From Eledone cirrhosa (lineage: Eukaryota), in contig OZ024755.1 in assembly GCA_964016885.1 (NCBI GenBank), positions 38,192,001 through 38,256,000 of the forward strand: a stretch of 64,000 bases of DNA, read 5' to 3'. A program made the translations under genes and the position numbers. This document shows, piece after piece, positions 13,699-26,927 of the stretch (its first letter is position 1; every line of letters starts with the position of its first letter). A model generated the notes under the pieces. It searched no databases and was not told where the DNA came from. It saw only the letters and a program-made list of their open reading frames with translations.

Positions 13699-13990
13699 AT
13701 CGAAAGGTTGTGAGTTCAATTCTCAGACCGGGTGATGTGTTGTTTCCTTGAGCAAGACACTTTATTTCACATTGTTACAGTTTACTCAGCTGTAGAAATG
13801 AGATGATAGGGACTGGGGTCCCTATCATTCCACTGCAAAGTGGTCGTGGAGGTGCCACGGCAAAAAAAGCACCCAGCACTCACTGTAAATGAGGTTGGTG
13901 TTAGGAAGGGCATCCAGCTGTAGAAATCAAGCCAGAATCAGTTCCCGTCCCACCCTTGCAAGCAGGGAAAAGTGGACGTAAAAGGATGAT
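13696..13990 (+). mobile_element. tRNA-headed SINE, 5' truncated
   Basis: Matches 42888-43175. Confidence 0.9.
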
Positions 13991-14304
13991 ATATGTTTCA
14001 CCAAGTACAGATTGGACAGAGTATGGAATTTGAACTCAGAAGCACAAAGCAACTCATCTGACTTTAATAATTCTGTCAATCCATTACTGATACTCTTAAT
14101 CTTCTTCTAAGTTTAAATCCCACCCATCACCCACTTTAACACCATCACTCCCATCCATCTCAGTTGTCCTGAAATGGGTCAGCGAACATTGCTTTTCCCT
14201 CTCTCACTAAACAGTTAAAAATAAAATAATTTTTACAAGAATTTTGTTGGGTTTACAAAAATTGGGAGGTGTTGGTAAACAAACTAGAAGTAAGAAACAT
14301 CTCA

Positions 14305-14897
14305 TGTCTTGTGCTAAAGCAGGGGTTAGTCTTGTCAAGGACATGGTCAATGTCTTGTGTTAAAGCAGGGGTTAGTCTTGTCAAGGACATGGTCAATGTC
14401 TTGTGCTAAAGCAGGGGTTAGTCTTGTCAAGGACATGGTCAATGTCTTGTGCTAAAGCAGAGGTTAGTCTTGTCAAGGACATGGTCAATGTCTTGTGCTA
14501 AAGCAGGGGTTAGTCTTGTCAAGGACATAGTCAATGTCTTGTGCTAAAGCAGAGCTTAGTCTTGTCAAGGACATGGTCAATGTCTTGTGCTAAAGCAGGG
14601 ATTAGTCTTGTCAAGGACATGGTCAATGTCTTGTGCTAAAGCAGAGCTTAGTCTTGTCAAGGACATGGTCAATGTCTTGTGTTAAAGCAGGGGTTAGTCT
14701 TGTCAAGGACATGGTCAATGTCTTGTGCTAAAGCAGAGGTTAGTCTTGTCAAGGACATGGTCAATGTCTTGTGCTAAAGCAGAGCTTAGTCTTGTCAAGG
14801 ACATGGTCAATGTCTTGTGCTAAAGCAGGGGTTAGTCTTGTCAAGGACATGATCAATGTCTTGTGTTAAGTCTTGCTAAGAACATGGTCAATGTCTT
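14305..14897. repeat. 46-bp minisatellite, about 13 copies
   Basis: tgtcttgtgctaaagcaggggttagtcttgtcaaggacatggtcaa. Confidence 0.95.
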
Positions 14898-15352
14898 CAT
14901 TTTACCCTGTCCTCTTCCAACCCCCCTCCTTAACCTTTTATCTTCCATTCCCTCCCCCACCACCTTTATCTATGTCTTCTTTAGTTTACACCTTTCCTCT
15001 CCTTCCACAGTCATTTCCACTATTTTCAGCCTCCCTCAAATCTTTTTTTAAAATAATTTTTCATTTAATTTTGATTAATTTATTTTTTATTTTTATTTGT
15101 CTTCTAAATATTTAGAAGAAGATTGGAAGATGGTGGAGGTTGGGGTGGGGGTTAGATAATAACATGTTTAATTACACTATGTTATACTACAATTATATTA
15201 AAATATGTATATCTTAATTTGCTTCAGTTTCTTCGGTTTGTTTAATGTTGTGACCAGGAATGTTTGCCCCTCATTTATTTTGACACTAACAACAATTATG
15301 TACCCTAAATGTTCTAAATTACTAGGATTTTAGTAACATGTTTCGACATTCC

Positions 15353-15404
15353 TTATGCTCCGATGATTCCAGACTTCCCTCTGGAAGAAACAATTGTCAG
15401 CAAA
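15353..15404 (+). ncRNA. Type I hammerhead motif with CCGAUGA core
   Basis: UGCU-CCGAUGA-UUCCAGA(cuuccc)UCUGGAA-GAAA-CAAUUG-UC^AGCA. Confidence 0.75.
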
Positions 15405-15600
15405 TAAATGTTTTAAACTAAAATTTGATCGTTTAAACACTTTGTATCTCGTCTCTGTATAACACTTAAAAATTTGCATTGAGCCTTTTGTCATACCGGT
15501 AACGGGCTAGTACTTAGTACTAGCCTACATATTTATAGTTATATCAAACATATATAAAGATAAATATTCTTATTACTATATATATATATATATATATACG

Positions 15601-15706
15601 ATATTAATAAATGGAAACTATATTTATAAAACCATATTTATTTCATTATACATATGTATAATGAAATAAATATGGTTTTATAAATATAGTTTCCATTTAT
15701 TAATAT
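15601..15706. repeat. Perfect 106-bp palindrome
   Basis: 53-bp arms centred between 15653 and 15654. Confidence 0.95.
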
Positions 15707-15799
15707 AGTATATCTACTCCAAAAACTTGTCGAGTGCTTTATATCAGTTATAAAAATATTTACTTGTTGTATCCCAACAACTTTAAATAGAACTTTTGC

Positions 15800-15839
<40 letters not shown>

Positions 15840-16254
15840 ATCTGGTTTAGAATAGGTACACTGTGTATGAATATATATATATATGTGTGTGTGTGTCTGG
15901 GTTACAATAGGTACACCCTGCATGTCTTACAAGTGATTAAAAGAGTCGGCACCAGGAAACATTGACTCCCAAATATTAAGCCTGTCATGAGGCCCCCTCA
16001 AAAGAAGCCCCTGCTTTATAGCAAGGGCAATTACTTTTAAACACTTGTCTTTTACCTGTTTAGTAGGTTAGAACATAAAGTAGGTATATTATATACTGTG
16101 TCAACTGGAAACTGAATCTTGAGTATTCAGTTCCATTCACCCAGAACTTAAAGCCACCAGTATGTATAAGGTGTCTACAGAATGTAATGCTATACCCTTT
16201 ACATGCGTTAGGTCTGATATGAAATGGTTTAAAATAAAATAATATTAATTTAGG

Positions 16255-16745
16255 AAAATAATAATTGTTTCTAAGTTTGGCACAAGGCGAGCAATTATCC
16301 CAGTACATTACTGGTACTTTATTTTATCAACCCCGTAAGGATGAAAGGCAAAGTTAACCACAAAAATAATAATAATAGGTACAGGCATGGTTGTGGGCTA
16401 AGGAGTTTTGCTTTACAACCACATCATTCTAGGGTCAGTCCTACTGTGTGGCACCTTGGGCAAGTGTCTTCTACTATAGCCTCAGGTTGACCAATACCTT
16501 GCGAGTATAATTTGGTTGACAGAAACTGTGAAGAAGCCCAACCTGTATGTGTGTGTGTATATATATATATTTATCCAGTCCACATGGTAAATATGGTTGG
16601 TATTAGGAAGGGCATCCAGCCATAGAAACCAAGTCAGAAACAGTTCTGTATGTGTAAGGCAGTCATATGATGTGACTTGTCTCACAACAAGACAACTTGT
16701 CTAACCCATGCTAGTGGGGGAAATGGATGTTAGACGGTGATGATG
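16255..16745. mobile_element. Cluster of SINE remnants from different families
   Basis: actggtactttattttatcaaccccgtaaggatgaaaggc (minus), tRNA-like head with gcaagtgtcttctactatagcc (plus), and a ggaagggcatccagc...gatgat tail. Confidence 0.7.
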
Positions 16746-16811
16746 TGAGTCAGTGTTTATATTTATGTTTATATTCCAAAACTCAGCAGCTCAACAATTT
16801 TTAAAATTTTG

Positions 16812-17946
16812 TTTTTGGTGAGATATATTTCTTCTCTAGCACACTGCCCCCTAGTGGTGATATAATCAACTATATACCCCTTTTTTGGGTGGGATATCTT
16901 TCTTCTCTAGCACACTGCCCCCTAGTGGTAATATAATCAACTAAATACCCCATTCTTTGGTGAGATATCTTCTCTAGCTCACTGCCCCCTAGTGGTGATA
17001 TAATCAACTAAATACCCAATTTTTTGGTGGGATATCTTGTCTAGCTCACTGCCCCCTAGTGGTGATATAATCAACTAAATACCCATTTTTTGGTGGGATA
17101 TCTTTCTTCTCTAGCACACTGCCGCCTAGTGGTGATATAATCAACTAAATACCCAATTTTTGGGTGGGATATCTTGTCTATCTCACTGCCCCCTAGTGGT
17201 GATATAATCAACTAAATACCCCATTCTTTGGTGAGATATCTTCTCTAGCTCACTGCCCCCTAGTGGTGATATAATCAACTAAATACCCCTTTTTGGGGTG
17301 GGATATCTTGTCTAGCTCACTGCCCCCTAGTGGTGATATAATCAACTAAATACCCATTTTTTGGTGGGATATCTTGTCTATCTCACTGCCCCCTAGTGGT
17401 GATATAATCAACTAAATACCCCATTCTTTGGTGAGATATCTTGTCTAGCTCACTGCCCTCTAGTGGTGATATAATCAACTAAATACCCAATTTTTTGGTG
17501 GGATATCTTGTCTAGCTCACTGCCCCCTAGTGGTGATATAATCAACTAAATACCCCTTTTTGGGGTGGGATATCTTGTCTAGCTCACTGCCCCCTAGTGG
17601 TGATATAATCAACTAAATACCCATTTTTTGGTGGGATATCTTTCTTCTCTAGCACACTGCCCCCTAGTGGTGATATAATCAACTAAATACCCAATTTTTT
17701 GGTGGGATATCTTGTCTATCTCACTGCCTCCTAGTGGTGATATATTCAACTAAATACCCCATTCTTTGGTGAGATATCTTGTCTAGCTCACTGCCCCCTA
17801 GTGGTGATATAATCAACTAAATAACCCACTTTTGGTGAGATATCTTCTCTAGCTCACTGCCCCCTAGTGGTGATATAATCAACTAAATACCCCATCTTTT
17901 GGTGAGATATCTTGTTTAGCACACTGCCCCCTAGTGGTGATATAAT
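16812..17946. repeat. About 67-bp minisatellite, 17 copies, each with a CTCF-like motif
   Basis: cactgccccctagtgg at 16842, 16913, 16980...17922; the minus strand reads CCACTAGGGGGCAGTG. Confidence 0.95.
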
Positions 17947-18286
17947 GAGTTACTGGTTCTTCTTCACTGCTCAAAGGGGTTGTAGCTGGTGGTGGCAGGT
18001 GAAGCAAAAGAAACAAAAATGAAGAAACTGCTTGAGAAAAAGAAGTGTTTTGTTGTAACATCCTTCCTTGGCTGTTTTCTCATCTCTTGCTTTGTAATAT
18101 ATACACTACCACCACTACCACTGTATATATATATATATATATATATAGATAGTAACAAATTGAACGGAAACAAAACAGAGAGGCAGTACGAACAAAGGTT
18201 TATTAGTTTCACGCTATATATATATATATATAATGTATATATATATATAGAGAGAGAGAGAGACTACCACTGTATGTGTGTATATG

Positions 18287-18328
<42 letters not shown>

Positions 18329-18339
18329 CTACCACTGTA

Positions 18340-18387
<48 letters not shown>

Positions 18388-18388
<1 letters not shown>

Positions 18389-18843
18389 GCCCCCGTCAAA
18401 CCACACCCAACCCCATCCATACCGCCCCTTTCAATGTAAAGTTATGTTGGTACCACAACATCCAGCCCGAAACAAATGAGGTCGTGTAGGTGTCACAACA
18501 AAAAAACACACAGTCCACGCTGTAATGTGGCCGTGTAGGTAACACGGTAAAAACCTCCCACTTCCACACTGTAAATGTGGTTGGTGTTAGGAAGGGCATC
18601 CAGCTGTAGAAAACCCGCCAGACAGTCCACGCTGTAATGTGGCCGTGTAGGTAACACGGTAAAAACCTCCCAGTTCCACACTGTAAATGTGGTTGGTGTT
18701 AGGAAGGGCATCCAGCTGTAGAAAACCCGCCAGACAGTCCTATGCGAGCAAGACAACCACTCTTGCCTCAAGTGGGAAAACTCCCGTCCAAACCCATGCA
18801 AGCGTGGAACATGGACGTTAAACGATGATGATGATGATGATGA
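18388..18843 (+). mobile_element. RTE 3'UTR fragment with internal 112-bp duplication
   Basis: Matches 40460-40790, which follows an RTE ORF end. Confidence 0.85.
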
Positions 18844-19035
18844 TATATTGAATTCACAAGAATCAAAGATATGTTTAAAACATTCTTGTGAATTCTATAT
18901 AACTGCTCTGTAAAACAACTGATGTTCTTACATTGAGCTATTTATCTTACTGGTAATAGGGTAGTAGGAAATTACTGACCTTTCCTGTTTATAGTTGTTT
19001 ATAGTATAGTATATACATAACTATAAATAGTATCT

Positions 19036-19070
<35 letters not shown>

Positions 19071-19094
19071 CTACCACTATATATATATATATAT

Positions 19095-19422
19095 CATCAT
19101 TTTTCATCATTTCATTTTACATCCGCTTTTTCCCTGCTTGCAAGGGTGGGACGGGAACTGATTCTGGCTTGATTTCTACAGCTGGATGCCCTTCCTAACA
19201 CCAACCTCATTTACAGTCAGTGCTGGGTGCTTTTTTTTTGCCGTGGCACCTCCACGACCACTTTACAGTGGAATGATATGGACCCCAGTCCCTATCATCT
19301 CATTTCTACAGCTGAGTAAACTGGAGCAATGTGAAATAAAGTGTCTTGCTCAAGGAAACAACACATCACCCGGTCTGAGAATTGAACTCACAACCTTTCG
19401 ATTGCAAGGCCAATGTGCCTCC
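19095..19422 (-). mobile_element. tRNA-headed SINE
   Basis: Matches 42851-43190. Confidence 0.9.
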
Positions 19423-19561
19423 ATATATATATATATATATATATATATTTTATTTATTATTTATTATTGTTCTAATATATTTGATATATATTTATCCTTA
19501 TCGAGCCCTCTTTGGATTTTAGTCTTCAAATTTATTATTATTACTATATATATATATATAT

Positions 19562-19726
19562 ATTATTGCTTGATGATGTTTGTTTTTGAAATGCGCATAA
19601 TAAAATATATGGAACTCCTTTAACCATCTTTTGATCTTATATTATGCATACTCCAGTCCCACAAACTGTAGAGTGCTTCTTATCCGATATCTGCATTGCT
19701 TTATTGTACTACAATAAAACTCACCT

Positions 19727-19730
<4 letters not shown>
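19562..19730 (+). mobile_element. TA-flanked element: hammerhead 3' half plus 3' tail
   Basis: gaaatgcgcataataaaata as at 49163; ends aataaaactcacctccta(TA)n. Confidence 0.75.
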
Positions 19731-19807
<77 letters not shown>

Positions 19808-20079
19808 TACCACTATATATATATATATACTACCACTATATATATATATATACCACCACTACTACTGTATCTATATATATACACTACCACTATATAAATG
19901 TATATAGAGAGAGACTTCTACTGTATATATATATACAGTGGTAGTGGAAGTCTATTTAATATCATTGAATACTTACTCCAGGAAATTGTTGAGTGCTCTA
20001 AATCAGTTATAAACATTTATATTTATATTTGTCGGATTTCGAACAAATTAAATACCCCTTCTACTTATATATATATATA

Positions 20080-20600
20080 TCATCATCATCATCATTTTAC
20101 GTCCGCTTTTCCCTGCTTGCAAGGGTGGGACGGGTCTTATTCAGCACAGCATCTCTCCACTCGTCACGGTCCCTCGTCATCTCCACCGTGAGCTTCAATG
20201 ATCTGAGGTCTGTTCTCACTACTTCCGCCCATGTTTTTCGTGGTCTACCTCTACCACGTCTTCCTTCAACTGGCATTTCCTGGCACTTCTTCACCCATCG
20301 GTCATCCTCCATACGCATCACATGTCCATACCACCTCAGTCTCCTCTCCCGTACACTACATTCTATCCCTCTCAGAGAGTTTCTCTCTCAACACATTTAT
20401 GCTGGGTCGTTCACGCACATTTACACTGCACATCCAACGGAGCATGCTTGCCTCATTTCTCTCCGGCCGTCGCATATCCTCTGCAGTTGCTGCCCATGTC
20501 TCACTACCATGCAGCATCACGCTCATTACACAGGCATCATACAACCGGCCTTTCGTACGCAGGGAGAAACCCTTCTTCATCAACAGAGGAAGCAGCTCCC
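20080..20600 (-). mobile_element. RTE-type LINE 3' end
   Basis: KGRLYDACVMSVMLHGSETW...VEGRRGRGRPRKTWAEVVRTDL; (GAT)n tail. Confidence 0.9.
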
Positions 20601-20645
<45 letters not shown>

Positions 20646-20784
20646 AAGGGCAGTACCCCAGCATGGCCTCAGCCAGATGGCTGTAATAGGTAAAAGAGTA
20701 GAGAGGAGGGGGGGGGGGGCAGAGCTGAGGCTGACAGAAAATGTATTTTATGAGTTAGAGAGACTGAATATGTAATATGTAGCT

Positions 20785-21330
20785 TACATACACACACACA
20801 TACATGTGTGTATTCACACATACACACACACACACACACGTAGACACATACATGCGTGCATTCATACATACACATACACTCACGTTGACACATACATGCG
20901 TGCATTCACTCACACACACACACGTAGACACATACATGTGTGCATTCATACATACACACACACACACACGTAGACACATACATGTGTATTCATACATACA
21001 CACACACTCACGTAAACACATACATGTGTGCATTCACACACACACACACGTAGACACATACATGTGTGCATTCATACATACACACACGTAGACACATACA
21101 TGTGCATTCACACACACACACACGCGTAGACACAGATGCGCACTCACACACACATTCACACAGTTTGCTGTGCACTATGTACACTCTGTTAATATATGTA
21201 TGCATATATATGTGTGTGTGTGTATGTGTGATTGTGTGTGTGTATGTAAGTGTGTATGTGTAAGTGTGTGTAAGTGTATGTTTGTGTATGTAGTCATTGT
21301 AATGGTGTGTATATATTGTGTATGTATGTG
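20785..21330. repeat. CA- then TG-rich compound microsatellite
   Basis: Direct reading. Confidence 0.9.
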
Positions 21331-22450
21331 TATGTGACTATCAGTGTGTGTATGTGACTATCAGTGTGTGTATGTGACTATCAGTGTGTGTACGTGTGTA
21401 TCAGTGTGTGTATGTGAGTATCAGTGTGTGTATGTGACTATCCGTGTGTGTACGTGTGTATCAGTGTGTGTATGTGACTATCAGTGTGTGTACGTGACTA
21501 TCAGTGTGTGTACGTGACTATCAGTGTGTGTATGTGACTATCAGTGTGTGTATGTGAGTATCAGTGTGTGTATGTGACTACCAGTGTGTGTATGTGACTA
21601 CCAGTGTGTGTATGTGACTACCAGTGTGTGTATGTGACTATCAGTGTGTGTATGTGACTATCAGTGTGTGTATGTGACTATCAGTGTGTGTATGTGACTA
21701 TCAGTGTGTGTATGTGACTATCAGTGTGTGTATGTGACTATCAGTGTGTGTATGTGACTATCAGTGTGTGTATGTGACTATCAGTGTGTGTATGTGACTA
21801 TCAGTGTGTGTACGTGTGTATCAGTGTGTGTATGTGACTATCAGTGTGTGTATGTGACTATCAGTGTGTGTACGTGTGTATCAGTGTGTGTATGTGACTA
21901 TCAGTGTGTGTATGTGAGTATCAGTGTGTGTATGTGACTATCAGTGTGTGTACGTGTGTATCAGTGTGTGTATGTGAGTATCAGTGTGTGTATGTGACTA
22001 TCAGCGTGTGTACGTGTGTATCAGTGTGTGTATGTGACTATCAGTGTGTGTACGTGTGTATCAGTGTGTGTATGTGACTATCAGTGTGTGTACGTGTGTA
22101 TCAGTGTGTGTATGTGACTATCGGTGTGTGTACGTGTGTATCAGTGTGTGTATGTGACTATCAGTGTGTGTATGTGACTATCAGTGTGTGTATGTGAGTA
22201 TCAGTGTGTGTATGTGACTATCAGTGTGTGTATGTGACTATCAGTGTGTGTATGTGACTATCAGTGTGTGTATGTGACTATCAGTGTGTGTATGTGAGTA
22301 TCAGTGTGTGTATGTGACTATCAGTGTGTGTATGTGACTATCAGTGCGTGTACGTGTGTATCAGTGTGTGTATGTGACTATCAGTGTGTGTATGTAACTA
22401 TCAGTGTGTGTATGTGACTATCAGTGTGTGTATGTGACTATCAGTGTGTG
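21331..22450. repeat. 20-bp minisatellite, about 56 copies
   Basis: tatgtgactatcagtgtgtg in perfect 20-bp register. Confidence 0.98.
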
Positions 22451-22499
22451 TGGTGTTTGAAATTGTCAGTAATAATAAACCAGAAAGGATCTGCCTTAT

Positions 22500-23890
22500 T
22501 CACCTCCACTCCACCTCCACTTGACACCACTGCACTCCACCTCCACTCGAAACCTCCTCTACACCACACCACTGCACTCCACACCGCACCACTGCACTCC
22601 ACCTCCACTCTAAACCTCCTCTACACCGCACCACTGCACTCCACCTCCACTCCAAATCTCCTCCACACCATTTCACTCCACCCCCACTCCAAATCTCCTC
22701 CACACCACTGCACTCCACCTCCACTCCACACCACTGCACTCCACTTCACTCCACACCACTCCCCACCCACTCTACTTCCCCACTACAAACCAGAGTAAAT
22801 ATAAGGGAGCTGGCTTAGGGTTGAAAGCAGCATCTGTCTCCCCCACCCCTCTCTCTGTCTCCCCCACCCCTCTCTCTAACTCCCCACCCCTCTCTCTAAC
22901 TCCCCACCCCTCTCTCTATCTCCCCCACCCGTCTCTCTGTCCCCCCCCCCTCTCTATGCCCCCCTCTCTCTGTCTCCCCCACCCCTCTCTCTATCTCCCC
23001 CACCTCTCTCTCTGTCTCCCCCACCCCTCTCTCTATCTCCCCCACCCCTCAGACTCCCACATCCCACAGACACTCCCACGATCCACCCACCATCACCACC
23101 ACTACCACTATCACCACTACTACCACCACCACCACTACTATCATCACCACTACCACCACTACCACCACCACTACCACCACTACCACCACCACTACCACCA
23201 GTACCACTACCACCACTACTACTATCATCACCACCACCACCACCACCACCACCACCACTACCACCACTACCACTACAACCACTACCACCACCACCACTAC
23301 CACCACTACCACCACCACTACCACCACTACCACCACCACCACTACCACCACCACCACTACTACCACCACCACTACCACCACCACCACCACTACTATCATC
23401 ACCACCACCACCACCACCACCACCACCACCACCACCACCACCACCACCACTACCTCCACTACCACCACCACTACTACTACCAGTCATTCCCAGTGTTATC
23501 CTGTAGTAAAGAACTCTACGCACACTTGGGGATTTCCTGGATTACCGTTTTGGTTATTGTTGTAGTTATTGTTGTAGTTATTGTTACCACTACCACTACT
23601 ACCACTACGACTACTACCACTACTACCACTACGACTACTACCACTACTACCACTACTACCACTACTACTGCTGCTACTACTACGACTGCTATTATTGGTT
23701 TGTCCTCTTCTTCTTAACCTTAACATTTTTTACAACCAGTTGGAGCGGAGTACATCTTACAGTAGTAGTAGTGGTAACAGTGGTAGTGGTAACAGTGGTA
23801 GTGGTAACAGTGGTAGTAGTAACATTGGTAGTAGTAGTAGTAGTGGTAGTGGTAACTGTAGTAGTAGTAGTGGTGGTGGTGCTGGTGGTG
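22500..23890. repeat. Low-complexity block: CCA-rich, CT-rich, (CCA/CTA)n, (ACT)n, (AGT)n
   Basis: Direct reading. Confidence 0.9.
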
Positions 23891-24042
23891 CCGTTGAATC
23901 AGTTATGAAGTTAAAGCAATGGGTATTATCTATTTATTGATGGTAGACCATGCAACAGTTGATAGAATCACTATATAGGTGAGTGTATATACATATATAC
24001 ATACATACATACATACATATATATATACATATATATACATAC

Positions 24043-24084
<42 letters not shown>

Positions 24085-24435
24085 TGTATTTTTTTCTTTC
24101 TCTCTATCTTCCATTCTTTCTATTCTACAAATATACCGACTTAAACGTACACATATAGCAACACAAGCCCCTATATACATACATACACACACTGGGACAT
24201 GTCCCGGGCCCGGTGGAAGCACTTCTGGGTGGGGGAGGGAGGGGAGGGGCAAGTTGGTCAATTTAGTTGTAGAGATTAGTTTAGCTGGTATTAGCAAATA
24301 TCAACCAAGATATATATATAAAAAAAACTTGGACATGCGATAAACATAACATGTATATATATTGTAGTGTATATATAATAGATGTGTTTTGGTGGGAACC
24401 ATGGCTCCCCCACACCACTCCCAACGGCCCTCTAA

Positions 24436-24471
<36 letters not shown>

Positions 24472-24474
<3 letters not shown>

Positions 24475-24629
24475 GAAAGAGTATGATCCGACGGCAGAGC
24501 TCAAGCCGTCGAAACGGCTTGAGCTCTACCGTCGGGGTCATACTTTTTCCCATTTCCCACTCTACTACCCTAAGTGTTGAGTACTCTGATGCGTTATGGT
24601 CCATCTGGTTCCTTACCACAATTCTTTTG

Positions 24630-24632
<3 letters not shown>
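24472..24632 (+). mobile_element. TA-flanked fold-back element containing a hammerhead 3' half
   Basis: Arms 24474-24550; GAAACGGC...CCGUC^GGGGUCAUAC; same family as 47325-47535. Confidence 0.75.
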
Positions 24633-24676
<44 letters not shown>

Positions 24677-24724
24677 CATAAACAGGTACTCAAGTTTAGT
24701 TGGGTTCTGGTCCCCAATTTATTC

Positions 24725-24821
24725 ATATATATGTGTGTGTGTATCTCTGTCTCTATAGATATATAGATATGTGTGTGTGTGTATATATATGTATGTGTGT
24801 ATATCTATATATATATATATA

Positions 24822-24886
<65 letters not shown>

Positions 24887-24963
24887 GTGTGTGTGTGTAT
24901 ATATATGTGTGTGTGTGTGTGTATATATATATATGTGTATATATGTGTATGTATGTGTGTGTG

Positions 24964-24998
<35 letters not shown>

Positions 24999-25880
24999 AA
25001 AAGGTAAACGGAAACAACAGTAACAGTACAGTATATAGAAGGAATATATTTATATATCATCGTTTTTACGCTCGCTTTTCCACGCTTGCCTGACTTATTG
25101 TTTCTTTCTCTCTCTATATATAGACATTCTACTATAGACTAATGTAATATACACACATTCTACTGTACACTAATGTAATATACACACATAAATAATATAG
25201 ACAGACGTGTGAGTGTGTGTGTGTTCTTTTACACTTGGAATAAACTAAAAATGGGATATAGTTACTTTTTTAATTACTATATAATTCTCGAGTATAAATC
25301 TCACTTTTTGTACATTATCTATAACTTTGTGTAAATGTGTCTGTATATATGTATGTCTGTATGTATGTATGTCTGTATGTATGTATGTATGTATGTATGT
25401 ATGTGTGTATGTGTGTGTGTGTATCTACGTATGTATGCACGTATGTATGTATGTATGTATGTATGTATGTATGTATGTATGTATGTATGTATGTATGTAT
25501 GTATGTGTGTATCTACGTATGTATGTATTTATCTGTATGTATGTGTGCGTGTATGTATGTATGTACGTATGTGTGTATGCATGTATGTATGTACGTATGT
25601 ATGTATGCATGTACCTATGTATGTATTTATATATGTAGGTATGTATGTATGTATGTATGTATGTATGAATGTACGCATGCATGCATGCATGTATGTATGA
25701 ATGTATGCATGTATGTACGTATTTATATATGTATGTACGCATGTATCCGTGTACGTATGTATGCATGTATATATGTACGTATGTATATATATGTATGTAT
25801 GTATATATGTAGGTATGTATATATGTACGTATGTATATATATATGTACGTATGTATATATATGTATGTATCTGTATATAT
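24725..25880. repeat. (TA)/(TG) and (TATG)n microsatellites with a short unique spacer
   Basis: Direct reading. Confidence 0.9.
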
Positions 25881-26192
25881 AAAAATGAAAGTAAAAAGGT
25901 GAGATGTAGGGCCAACTTAACACCTTTGTCTCAGCACATCTCAGGTGTGACAAGATGGTGAAAACACCGCCGTAAAGAAGGGAAAATGGTAGGTTCCACA
26001 TCAGTATGACAATAAACAGATGTTTAGTGAGCAAATGGGGTCCCACGTGCTGGCCACCCCACAGCCCCGGGGGACAGAATGGAGAAGGCGTTTCCCTGGA
26101 TGATGTATTCCTCCTGACACGGTTCCTGATACACGTGTTCTGGCAGAAGTAAACGGCAACTGGCATAAACAGTTAGGGAAAGACTTGTCTTT

Positions 26193-26927
26193 GGTTATCT
26201 TCCATTGTAGGGTACAGTACCCCCCCCCCCCCTGGTGTGGTTATCTTCCATTGTAGGGTACAGTACCCCCCCCCCCCCTGGTGTGGTTATCTTCCATTGT
26301 AGGGTACAGTACCCCCCCCCTGGTGTGGTTATCTTCCATTGTAGGGTACAGTACCCCCCCCCCTGGTGTGGTTATCTTCCATTGTAGAGTACAGTACCCC
26401 CTCTGGTGTGGTTATCTTCCATTGTAGGGTACAGTACCCCCTCTGGTGTGGTTATCTTCCATTGTAGGGTACAGTACCCCCCCCCTGGTGTGGTTATCTT
26501 CCATTGTAGGGTACAGTACCCCCCCCCTGGTGTGGTTATCTTCCATTGTAGGGTACAGTACCCCCCCCCCTGGTGTGGTTATCTTCCATTGTAGAGTACA
26601 GTACCCCCTCTGGTGTGGTTATCTTCCATTGTAGGGTACAGTACCCCCTCTGGTGTGGTTATCTTCCATTGTAGGGCACAGTACCCCCTCTGGTGTGGTT
26701 ATCTTCCATTGTAGGGCACAGTACCCCCTCTGGTGTGGTTATCTTCCATTGTAGGGTACAGTACCCCCCCCCCTGGTGTGGTTATCTTCCATTGTAGGGC
26801 ACAGTACCCCCTCTGGTGTGGTTATCTTCCATTGTAGAGTACAGTACCCCCTAGGGTGTGGTTATCTTCCATTGTAGGGTACAGTACCCCCTAGGGTGTG
26901 GTTATCTTCCATTGTAGGGTACAGTAC
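26193..26927. repeat. 40-47-bp minisatellite, 18 copies, variable poly-C
   Basis: ggttatcttccattgtagggtacagtacc(c)ntggtgt. Confidence 0.95.

Noticed and set aside
16812-17946. CRISPR-like repeat-spacer appearance
   Set aside because: The spacers are variants of one sequence, there are no cas genes, and the context is eukaryotic
22821-23717. Long His/Thr/Gly/Val-rich ORFs (also 11479, 28172, 58214 and the many YI/HT/CV ORFs)
   Set aside because: Translations of microsatellites lacking stops; no splice or domain evidence
25880-26190. Non-repetitive segment with a 147-aa minus-strand ORF
   Set aside because: The ORF runs into microsatellite and has no recognisable motif; more simply read as 3'UTR of the candidate exon at 26902-27181
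26220-26580. Variable poly-C lengths as programmed variation
   Set aside because: Homopolymer length is unreliable in assemblies and slips readily
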